Below are positions 47,001-56,134 of a stretch of DNA of 64,000 bases, in pieces (position 1 is the stretch's first letter; each line of letters begins with the position of its first letter). Source of the stretch: Schmidtea polychroa (Eukaryota); assembly GCA_044892525.1 (NCBI GenBank), contig CM097885.1:34288001-34352000 (forward strand), read 5' to 3'. The notes below the pieces were generated by a model. It did no database searches, was not told the origin of the DNA, and saw only the letters and a list, made by a program, of their open reading frames with translations. The position numbers were made by a program, and so were the translations under genes.

Positions 47001-49414
47001 TTTCATCAAACACCAATCTTATTTCCAACGTTCAAATTCATTATCATTTGAATTCAGATCAATATAATATTTCAATTTCAATATTTGACAAGTGACATAA
47101 ATTTTTTCAAAAATTTAATTGCCGCGAACCGGGATCGAACCAGTGACCTTTAGATCTTCAGTCTAACGCTCTCCCAACTGAGCTATCGCGGCTTATTTAC
47201 AATAACAGACATCAGCTCATCACTGGTAAATTCCACTAGAGCTTTATTTTCAAATTTTCATCAAACACCAATCTTATTTCCAACGTTCAAATTCATTATC
47301 ATTTGAATTCAGATCAATATAATATTTCAATTTCAATATTTGACAAGTGACATAAATTTTTTCAAAAATTTAATTGCCGCGAACCGGGATCGAACCAGTG
47401 ACCTTTAGATCTTCAGTCTAACGCTCTCCCAACTGAGCTATCGCGGCTTATTTACAATAACAGACATCAGCTCATCACTGGTAAATTCCACTAGAGCTTT
47501 ATTTTCAAATTTTCATCAAACACCAATCTTATTTCCAACGTTCAAATTCATTATCATTTGAATTCAGATCAATATAATATTTCAATTTCAATATTTGACA
47601 AGTGACATAAATTTTTTCAAAAATTTAATTGCCGCGAACCGGGATCGAACCAGTGACCTTTAGATCTTCAGTCTAACGCTCTCCCAACTGAGCTATCGCG
47701 GCTTATTTACAATAACAGACATCAGCTCATCACTGGTAAATTCCACTAGAGCTTTATTTTCAAATTTTCATCAAACACCAATCTTATTTCCAACGTTCAA
47801 ATTCATTATCATTTGAATTCAGATCAATATAATATTTCAATTTCAATATTTGACAAGTGACATAAATTTTTTCAAAAATTTAATTGCCGCGAACCGGGAT
47901 CGAACCAGTGACCTTTAGATCTTCAGTCTAACGCTCTCCCAACTGAGCTATCGCGGCTTATTTACAATAACAGACATCAGCTCATCACTGGTAAATTCCA
48001 CTAGAGCTTTATTTTCAAATTTTCATCAAACACCAATCTTATTTCCAACGTTCAAATTCATTATCATTTGAATTCAGATCAATATAATATTTCAATTTCA
48101 ATATTTGACAAGTGACATAAATTTTTTCAAAAATTTAATTGCCGCGAACCGGGATCGAACCAGTGACCTTTAGATCTTCAGTCTAACGCTCTCCCAACTG
48201 AGCTATCGCGGCTTATTTACAATAACAGACATCAGCTCATCACTGGTAAATTCCACTAGAGCTTTATTTTCAAATTTTCATCAAACACCAATCTTATTTC
48301 CAACGTTCAAATTCATTATCATTTGAATTCAGATCAATATAATATTTCAATTTCAATATTTGACAAGTGACATAAATTTTTTCAAAAATTTAATTGCCGC
48401 GAACCGGGATCGAACCAGTGACCTTTAGATCTTCAGTCTAACGCTCTCCCAACTGAGCTATCGCGGCTTATTTACAATAACAGACATCAGCTCATCACTG
48501 GTAAATTCCACTAGAGCTTTATTTTCAAATTTTCATCAAACACCAATCTTATTTCCAACGTTCAAATTCATTATCATTTGAATTCAGATCAATATAATAT
48601 TTCAATTTCAATATTTGACAAGTGACATAAATTTTTTCAAAAATTTAATTGCCGCGAACCGGGATCGAACCAGTGACCTTTAGATCTTCAGTCTAACGCT
48701 CTCCCAACTGAGCTATCGCGGCTTATTTACAATAACAGACATCAGCTCATCACTGGTAAATTCCACTAGAGCTTTATTTTCAAATTTTCATCAAACACCA
48801 ATCTTATTTCCAACGTTCAAATTCATTATCATTTGAATTCAGATCAATATAATATTTCAATTTCAATATTTGACAAGTGACATAAATTTTTTCAAAAATT
48901 TAATTGCCGCGAACCGGGATCGAACCAGTGACCTTTAGATCTTCAGTCTAACGCTCTCCCAACTGAGCTATCGCGGCTTATTTACAATAACAGACATCAG
49001 CTCATCACTGGTAAATTCCACTAGAGCTTTATTTTCAAATTTTCATCAAACACCAATCTTATTTCCAACGTTCAAATTCATTATCATTTGAATTCAGATC
49101 AATATAATATTTCAATTTCAATATTTGACAAGTGACATAAATTTTTTCAAAAATTTAATTGCCGCGAACCGGGATCGAACCAGTGACCTTTAGATCTTCA
49201 GTCTAACGCTCTCCCAACTGAGCTATCGCGGCTTATTTACAATAACAGACATCAGCTCATCACTGGTAAATTCCACTAGAGCTTTATTTTCAAATTTTCA
49301 TCAAACACCAATCTTATTTCCAACGTTCAAATTCATTATCATTTGAATTCAGATCAATATAATATTTCAATTTCAATATTTGACAAGTGACATAAATTTT
49401 TTCAAAAATTTAAT

Positions 49415-49483
49415 TGCCGCGAACCGGGATCGAACCAGTGACCTTTAGATCTTCAGTCTAACGCTCTCCCAACTGAGCTATCG
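49415..49483 (-). pseudogene. Terminal tRNA-Phe copy lacking nucleotides 1-4 (GCCG), interrupted by the retrotransposon 3' end
   Basis: The plus strand reads ...gagctatcg|ttaaaacatttatt instead of ...gagctatcg|cggcttattt. Confidence 0.95.
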
Positions 49484-50006
49484 TTAAAACATTTATTAAT
49501 TATAATAAATTTGATATTTGTATTTACAATAGGACAGTGCTCAGCATGGAACACGCCTTTCTAGAAAATAACAAGAACAAAAGAGTCAGAAAGAAATCGA
49601 TCATATTCACTGTATTTTTCGGGATTATTTCGACTCAGATGTTAATGTCAATTTTCTGATTAGTCCCTGGCTCTGATGATATCGCAGTCATCGGATGTTT
49701 TATCCGGCTTTGAATATTGGAGTGTTCAATTACATCAGTTTTCACCAGTCATTCAACCTGCAATCTGTTTCCTGGGCTGATGTTGAGAATCTGAACCTTC
49801 AATACGCAGCATCTAAACAATATCCTTGCAATAGACAAAAAAAGCATATTTACATGTTTATAAATATATACAACTGCCTTTCTTTTGGAGGGTTCATCTA
49901 AAATTCTAAATATATACAAAGATATTTATACATATACATTGATATTTAAAAACCCGAGAATGACAATGCTTCTGAGATCTTAGAGCAATTCGTTATGGAG
50001 ATTTTT
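49484..50006 (-). other. 3' UTR of the retrotransposon, with AATAAA 8 nt before the junction and no poly(A) tract
   Basis: Lies between the ORF2 stop (50007) and the tRNA junction; plus strand tttatt at 49492-49497. Confidence 0.8.
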
Positions 50007-53000
50007 CTAATTAAGGTCTGCTAAAGTGCCAGTTTTGTGGTAGTACCACCGTCTGGCAGAATGTGTGATGTTACTTATCGCACATTCCTTCAGTAGACTG
50101 TTTATTTCTGTGCGTTTAACTCCAATTTTTAAAAGGATTTCAGGAGTTGATGACGGAAAAGAACCCAAAGCTCCGATAATACAAGTGTCAAGTTCGACTT
50201 TGAAATCAGGTTTGACAGCTTGTATTTCATTCTTAAGCGATTCGTATTTAATTAAATTTGAAGAGTCAACTAGTTGAAAGTTCTTGATAGAGTCGATAGG
50301 ACATTTCATGTCAACTAGAAAGATCTTCCTTTTCAACAAATCAGTGATCATTAAATCCACTCGTTCTTTGGAATTCGGAACAAGTGAACAGATATGATCT
50401 ACTACAACAATCAAGTTGGGATTTTTCATTAATCGACTAGTGATTAATTTCAGACAGTCATCATGTCGCTCTGAGGCAAGGGTCAGATGGACTTTACAAG
50501 ATTGAATGATATGTGACATTGTCTCTTCCTCAGTTTGACAACGACGACAAAGTCTTTTACCACCTTTATTGTAAGGCTTCGCATTGACTGAGAGGGAGTT
50601 TGTGCGAGCTCTGTGTATGAAGTTCCAAGCAAATTCAGAGAGAGCACCACGAAAAATTGCGATGTTTATTTTAGGCGAAAGTCTGATTGCTGCAGCTATA
50701 ATGTTGGAGTTATGACTGTTCTCTCCTTTCAAAAGATAGGCATCGCAGAGTGCCATGTGCAAAACCTTAGACGTGGTTTGGCGTAAGTCAGAAGTGAGAA
50801 TACACGTGCCACGCATTGCTGTTGTAATATAAAGCGATGTTTCTTGCTTTGTTACAATAAATGCTATTGAGATTTTGTGATATTTTTCAAAAAATGCAAT
50901 AGCAGTTCTGACTCGCTGGAATCGAGTTTTCTTTCCAGAATGGCAAAGTTTGGATTGCTTACCATTGAGCCAGTCAAGACTCTCCTGTAGTGTAGGGTCT
51001 TTTATTCCGAGTCGAGGTCCAGTGACAAAGCTCAGAGAATCAGTGTTGATCTTTTTCGCAAAGTCACACTTAGATGTTAAGAGTCGAAAGAAATGTGTTA
51101 TTGTCTGTGTGTGATATTCGTCAAGAAGGTCTACACAGTTTGCTCCTCCGTTTTCAGTTGAGTTGTAGAAATAACTTACTTCAGAGTGATTTGGCAAAAG
51201 TAACATTTTTCTGAGACAACTCCTCACTTGACTGGTGATGTTGACAGAACGATTACTATTGGCGCTTGGTTTTGAAAGAGTGCTAGTTTTAATTTCGCGA
51301 GTTCTAAAGGGAAAAATCAAACGTGAATGGACAAAGATCTTATAAGCTTTAAGTTTTTGCCATCCAAGTAGGTCAGAATCGGCAAGTTTTTTCGTGTCAG
51401 ATACGACCTTCTCAAGAATGTCATATGGATTCTGATCAGTCTCTTCACCAACAGGCACTCCAAGATACTGATAAAATTCATTAGGTTGTAATTTTTTGAT
51501 TTTAATGCCGTCAATCGAAATTTCACTATCTATTTCAAGGTTTGGCAATTGAAGATATGCACACTTTTCAGGGCGATATTCAAAGCCAATTTCAGTTGCA
51601 GTTGCTACAGCTATATCGGTGATTTTCTGAAGTTCTTCAACAGATTTTGTAACTAAAGCTATGTCATCTGCATATGCAAGGATCTTAATTGGAGATTTCC
51701 CAATCCTGAAAGGTCTACAATCGGATCGCGATACAGCTTCAAGTACTGGATTAATGGCCAAAGCAAACAATATCATCGATATTGGACATCCTTGTTTGAC
51801 ACCTTGTTTAATAGGGATGTTTGGTGTCAGAATATTACCACAGCTGTAAAAGGTACTTGTGTTGGAATATAACATCTGGATGATGGATGCAAATTCCTCG
51901 CTTACTCCAATGAATCGGAGTAAGGACCACATGTATTCATGGGGAACACTACCAAAGGCATCTTTTATATCAAGCCAAGCAATTGCAAGAGGCTTATTTA
52001 CGCTGTATTTTGAGTGTTCTAGTGCAGCAGAAAGAATTGAATTATGCTCAACACATCCATCATGTTGTGAGCCACCTTTTTGACCGATATGTAAAAGATC
52101 ATTCGAGTTTATCCAACTTGTCAGACGACTAGCTAAACAAGATGCGAAAACCTTGTAAATGACAGAAAGCAAGGCAATTGGACGCCAAGACGAGACGTCA
52201 TCATATTTTCCATCTTTATCCGGCTTAGGAGTTAGAAGTGTTTTGAAGGTCTTCCAACTGTCTGGTATGGTCTTGTTTAAAATGATTTTATTGTACAAGA
52301 AAGTAAGCAATTTACCCTCGGGATCAAGAGACAACAAGTCACGATATTGTATTCCATCAATACCAGGACTTGTGTTCTCAGCTTTCTTTAGTTCGAAAAG
52401 TACTTCATCACATGTGAGCAAAATTAAACGAAGTTTAATTTGGGAACGTTTACAGAATTCAAATATTTTATCCCATGATTTTTCTAAAGGGGTTTTGTGC
52501 ATGAAATTCATGACAATATTTTGAAATTTTGGCATCACTGTGATATTTGTATTGTTGAAGATTTTATTGACTGTTGACTTCATATCAGTCATGAATTTTG
52601 CGATTAATTTACCCTTGTTGATTTTTGAAGGTAATTTCTTTTTATTTCCCAAGTATGGTTTATGAGTTGATTTTAATTTGTCAGGGAATTGCTCAATGAT
52701 AACATCAATGATTTCGTTTACATTGAAATCTGTCACTCTCCTCAGTAGTTCTAATGCTCTGAGTTTACGCAATTCTAAATTTGCATTCCCCTCTTTATTT
52801 TTGTTACTGTTTGTTGGTCTTACAGTCTTTTTCCTATTAAAATCATTTACAATTGGGATAAATGAGCTGACGACATTACCAATTTCGCGTAAGTTCAAAT
52901 TTGTAAGAGGTAAGTCTTTAGCATAGTTTTGGATGAACGCGCATATCAGGATTTTACTAACTAGACCTGATCCTCGAGTGTCATGAGGACAATTACCAGT

Positions 53001-54611
53001 ATATAATACACGGCCAGGTGATTCTCTGATTTCATTAATTTTGTTCCTAAGAATTTTGCAGGTAGGAAGATAACTTTCATTACCACTCAGTGTCGTCGGA
53101 TTTAGAAGATAGTGCTCATCAGTTTGGTAATCAATGATAAACAAGATTTCCCTTGATTTTTCTGGTGCTACGATAGTAAATATGACTTGTGCCTTGATCA
53201 ACGATTCACAATCTAAAAATTCATTTAAATATCTAGTGCAATCGTCAAGAATCGCAGTGCACATTGTAGCATTTAAAAACATGAACTTTGTGGGTAAGTT
53301 TAATTTATGAATGTATTTTGATGTGATTTCATCATTAATTTTACAGTTAATTAAGTTTAAATTCCTGGAGATCTCGTTTGTTTGTTGTATTTTATAAGAT
53401 TTAAGGGACTCACTGATACTTCTACGACAAACCTGATTGTCAAAAAGTAATTTTTCGACCAATTCAATGACAGCAGAAGCAAATATATCTGGGTCAACAG
53501 ATGTGATGGAAATGTGGTCGATGTTGTGGAGACTATTGAAGTTGATCTTCGTTTGAGAAAGGAAAAATTTATTCATATAGTCTGTCATGTTTTCTCCTAT
53601 GCCGATTAGTCTCTCAGTTAGAATTCTGTTGTTAAAGTTGAAAATGTAACTGATTCCTAAAACGAAAGAGAAAAGATACAGACTCCAATTCGTGTCGTCT
53701 GGAATGACGCTGATGACATGTTCTATTCCAGAAAATTGTTTAAACGTGACATTTTCCCTGATGAATATATCGTTTTGTGCAATAATATTCAATGTCAGTT
53801 CATGAGAAAGAATAGTATTATTGCTTTTATCTTTATACCATTCACTAATCAGGTATGTGACACATGAGTTCTGTTTCTGGAGATGTATCAGGTTACCATT
53901 CCTCACCTTCTTAACTCCATTTCGTTTGATTGTCTCCATGAATTTTGGAAGGCCACCCCCCGAAGTATTGGGATCTTTTTGTTGTTGAGTAAGTTTAAAC
54001 TGGTGGACCTCTTTCCTGATAGTCTCGATGAAGCAGCCCGACAAGCTCTGCCATTCTCCACAAATCATCATGGCATATGCGCAGATGTATGGCCCACAAT
54101 CATAGTTATTATTTTGATATAAAAGGTTATTATGAGGATGAAAAGTCATGGCTGCTTTAAGGTCAAACAATTCATTCAGAGCCATTGTGATCTTAAGAGC
54201 AATTGTTTTATTCGTAAAACTATGCCGATTTAGAAGAATTGGATCGATGAAGTAAGAAATTAGGGAAGATTTACAATAAACGAACAAGATCCAATGAGAT
54301 TTGTTGATGTTAAGGGGGCATAATATTACTTGTGCTTTCAAGACTCTTTCCGGAATTGGGAAAGTGTCATTCTCGAGGTTAGAGCACAAAATCTCAACGA
54401 TAAAACATTTGATAGACGCAAATTCTGTGTTGATGATGTGATTTTCGAGAAAATTATCAATATCATCATCAGTGAACCAGATCTTTGGGTCGCGTTTTAC
54501 CATCAAATTTTTATTATTATTAATGATGTCGTGATGTTTATTAGAATTTTTTGTGCTGTCTGCATCAGTCTCCTTAGAGATTGGGGCAGATGTTGAGACT
54601 GATACAGGCAC
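50007..54611 (-). CDS. ORF2 polyprotein: Ulp1/C48-like protease, two degenerate protease-like repeats, reverse transcriptase, CCHC zinc knuckle, restriction-like endonuclease
   Basis: Protease motifs: WFTDDDI, HW (H106), D123, QNNNYDCG (Q166, C172). RT motifs: SPGIDGI, WRPIALL, LDIKDAFGSV, GVKQGCPIS, YADD (51663-51674), YQYLG. Knuckle: CRRC-x8-H-x4-C, followed by RHD. RLE: RVDL...LVDMK...KY. The track start codon is GTG; the first ATG is at 54503. Confidence 0.95.
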   Translation of the reverse strand: MPVSVSTSAPISKETDADSTKNSNKHHDIINNNKNLMVKRDPKIWFTDDDIDNFLENHIINTEFASIKCFIVEILCSNLENDTFPIPERVLKAQVILCPLNINKSHWILFVYCKSSLISYFIDPILLNRHSFTNKTIALKITMALNELFDLKAAMTFHPHNNLLYQNNNYDCGPYICAYAMMICGEWQSLSGCFIETIRKEVHQFKLTQQQKDPNTSGGGLPKFMETIKRNGVKKVRNGNLIHLQKQNSCVTYLISEWYKDKSNNTILSHELTLNIIAQNDIFIRENVTFKQFSGIEHVISVIPDDTNWSLYLFSFVLGISYIFNFNNRILTERLIGIGENMTDYMNKFFLSQTKINFNSLHNIDHISITSVDPDIFASAVIELVEKLLFDNQVCRRSISESLKSYKIQQTNEISRNLNLINCKINDEITSKYIHKLNLPTKFMFLNATMCTAILDDCTRYLNEFLDCESLIKAQVIFTIVAPEKSREILFIIDYQTDEHYLLNPTTLSGNESYLPTCKILRNKINEIRESPGRVLYTGNCPHDTRGSGLVSKILICAFIQNYAKDLPLTNLNLREIGNVVSSFIPIVNDFNRKKTVRPTNSNKNKEGNANLELRKLRALELLRRVTDFNVNEIIDVIIEQFPDKLKSTHKPYLGNKKKLPSKINKGKLIAKFMTDMKSTVNKIFNNTNITVMPKFQNIVMNFMHKTPLEKSWDKIFEFCKRSQIKLRLILLTCDEVLFELKKAENTSPGIDGIQYRDLLSLDPEGKLLTFLYNKIILNKTIPDSWKTFKTLLTPKPDKDGKYDDVSSWRPIALLSVIYKVFASCLASRLTSWINSNDLLHIGQKGGSQHDGCVEHNSILSAALEHSKYSVNKPLAIAWLDIKDAFGSVPHEYMWSLLRFIGVSEEFASIIQMLYSNTSTFYSCGNILTPNIPIKQGVKQGCPISMILFALAINPVLEAVSRSDCRPFRIGKSPIKILAYADDIALVTKSVEELQKITDIAVATATEIGFEYRPEKCAYLQLPNLEIDSEISIDGIKIKKLQPNEFYQYLGVPVGEETDQNPYDILEKVVSDTKKLADSDLLGWQKLKAYKIFVHSRLIFPFRTREIKTSTLSKPSANSNRSVNITSQVRSCLRKMLLLPNHSEVSYFYNSTENGGANCVDLLDEYHTQTITHFFRLLTSKCDFAKKINTDSLSFVTGPRLGIKDPTLQESLDWLNGKQSKLCHSGKKTRFQRVRTAIAFFEKYHKISIAFIVTKQETSLYITTAMRGTCILTSDLRQTTSKVLHMALCDAYLLKGENSHNSNIIAAAIRLSPKINIAIFRGALSEFAWNFIHRARTNSLSVNAKPYNKGGKRLCRRCQTEEETMSHIIQSCKVHLTLASERHDDCLKLITSRLMKNPNLIVVVDHICSLVPNSKERVDLMITDLLKRKIFLVDMKCPIDSIKNFQLVDSSNLIKYESLKNEIQAVKPDFKVELDTCIIGALGSFPSSTPEILLKIGVKRTEINSLLKECAISNITHSARRWYYHKTGTLADLN

Positions 54612-54617
54612 GCACCT

Positions 54618-55946
54618 TCATTTAATCTTGGAGACTACTTTCCTCGTTTTCCTACTTGGTCTTGTTTGTAAGTCCTCCTGTTGATCACAACAAGAAATTG
54701 CGGGAGTAGATGGGATTATATCCAAATCAACAGGCAGCTGTCGTTTCAGAGTCGCATGTTCTTGTAGATCACCCTCCAGAATGTCGTTAATCTCTATGGA
54801 TCGAGATGGCTCTTTCACAGCTGTTTCCACCGAGGTATCTAGTCCAGATGTGTTTCTCCTCTGCTCACCATTACTTTCAATCACAGATGTCAAGAGGACA
54901 TCAAGCATGTCTGTGATAATGCAAGTCATATTTGGTGTGCAAATTTTCCTACAATGCTTAGGTATACGGTAGGAGAATTTACTGTTAGATAAAAATTTCT
55001 TTTTGTCTCTAATGATAAAAAAGAGAAATCTTTTAGCTTTTATCATCTCTTCTTCGGATGTGCCTAATTCCATTTGATTAATGTTGCGGCCCAAATTCTC
55101 AAGAACCTTAAGTTGGGCAGCCTTTTGTGGACAGATTTCATCAATTTTGTCAAGAAAGGAATTGATTTTATAGATGGTTTCTGGAGAGATAATGTTGTGT
55201 ATTCTATCGATCTCCTCTGACAGTTTCCACTGTCGAAGTTTTAGTAGTCTTTCCTGACAACTAGAAGAGTAGTATGAAAGACTGGGGATCATATTAATCA
55301 TCTCCGGACCCCAATTTTCAATGTTGTCGCACCTTAATGTATTGCAATTTTCAATTTTAGTAATTGAGTGCATCAAAAAACAATTACGTAAATAGTTTTT
55401 AACGTACTCATCAAATGTAGGATTTGAAATGTGTATTATGGTGCCTTTTAAATTTAAATAGTTGATATAATATATTATGTCAACCAGTTTAGATGGGGAG
55501 TTTGGCTGAGTCAGAAGAGATTTAAGTATGGGGTCATCTTCTGACATTTTAACAAAATTAATCAATCCCAGGTTGAACATTATATCAGACGCATTTTCAG
55601 AATGTGGGACTTTAGGAATTTCAGGAATTTTATTAGTTTTAATAAATTTGCCCTTCACAAACGAGATCTCGTTAGGGAAATTTTTTTCTAATTTTAAATC
55701 ATTAATTAATTTAGTTAGTAAATCAGGATTCTTATTTATATTCTCAGAAAAATATAATTCCTGAATTTCAGGAAACGATTTATATAACTCTTTCAACTGT
55801 GATCGCGAAAGTTCTAAGGTTTGAAGACTGGTGTTCTCATTACCAGAGTCACAGCTATTGAAAAGATCTAATAAGATAAAATCACCTTCAGAAAATTTTA
55901 TCTGTGATCTTATCAAGAAATCGGGAAGTTCACGTCGTTGTTTCAT
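54618..55946 (-). CDS. ORF1 of the retrotransposon, unknown function (442 aa from the first ATG; frame open to 56069)
   Basis: Long open frame in AT-rich DNA directly upstream of and in frame with ORF2. Its C-terminal part is conserved in the second copy (KAKRFLFFIxRDKKKFL). I recognise no domain. Confidence 0.8.
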   Translation of the reverse strand: MKQRRELPDFLIRSQIKFSEGDFILLDLFNSCDSGNENTSLQTLELSRSQLKELYKSFPEIQELYFSENINKNPDLLTKLINDLKLEKNFPNEISFVKGKFIKTNKIPEIPKVPHSENASDIMFNLGLINFVKMSEDDPILKSLLTQPNSPSKLVDIIYYINYLNLKGTIIHISNPTFDEYVKNYLRNCFLMHSITKIENCNTLRCDNIENWGPEMINMIPSLSYYSSSCQERLLKLRQWKLSEEIDRIHNIISPETIYKINSFLDKIDEICPQKAAQLKVLENLGRNINQMELGTSEEEMIKAKRFLFFIIRDKKKFLSNSKFSYRIPKHCRKICTPNMTCIITDMLDVLLTSVIESNGEQRRNTSGLDTSVETAVKEPSRSIEINDILEGDLQEHATLKRQLPVDLDIIPSTPAISCCDQQEDLQTRPSRKTRKVVSKIK

Positions 55947-56134
55947 TCCATTCAAGATGTTATTTGTCTGTGCCGCTCTTTGATTTATATTTTTGATGGT
56001 AGCCGTCTCTGCGAGCTTATGTGAGTAGGTAGTTAGGAGCCCGCTGCCGCAACCCCCCCCCTGCGGCAAGAATATTTTTGCGGCACGATTTTTTTTTGCG
56101 GCAACTTTTGATTACGCAATTTTTTAGACTATTT

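Larger units (their letters stand above)
1..49483 (-). repeat. Tandem array of 255-bp units, each with one tRNA-Phe(GAA) gene (73 bp) plus a 182-bp AT-rich spacer; about 190 copies; continues off the left edge
   Basis: The same unit recurs every 255 bp (tRNA at 191, 446, 701 ... 49415). Copy number was estimated as length divided by period, excluding the N gap. Confidence 0.99.
49484..56050 (-). mobile_element. Non-LTR retrotransposon with restriction-like endonuclease (R2 group, NeSL/R5-like), two ORFs; 3' end exact, 5' end uncertain
   Basis: ORF2 has RT, CCHC and RLE motifs plus an N-terminal Ulp1-like protease. A 523-bp 3' UTR ends ...ATTAATAAATGTTTTAA at the tRNA junction. Confidence 0.92.

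Noticed and set aside
1..49483. CRISPR-like repeat/spacer array
   Set aside because: Spacers are identical, the repeat is a tRNA gene, and there are no cas genes.
49521..49531. tatttacaata in the 3' UTR matching the tRNA 5' flank
   Set aside because: Only 11 nt, AT-rich and not at the junction, so plausibly chance.
49673..49720. CTGATGA as a hammerhead ribozyme core
   Set aside because: On the antisense strand of the element, and I could not build stem II closed by GAAA.
49695..55764. Short plus-strand and alternate-frame ORFs overlapping the retrotransposon
   Set aside because: Shadow frames of ORF1, ORF2 or the UTR with no recognisable motifs.
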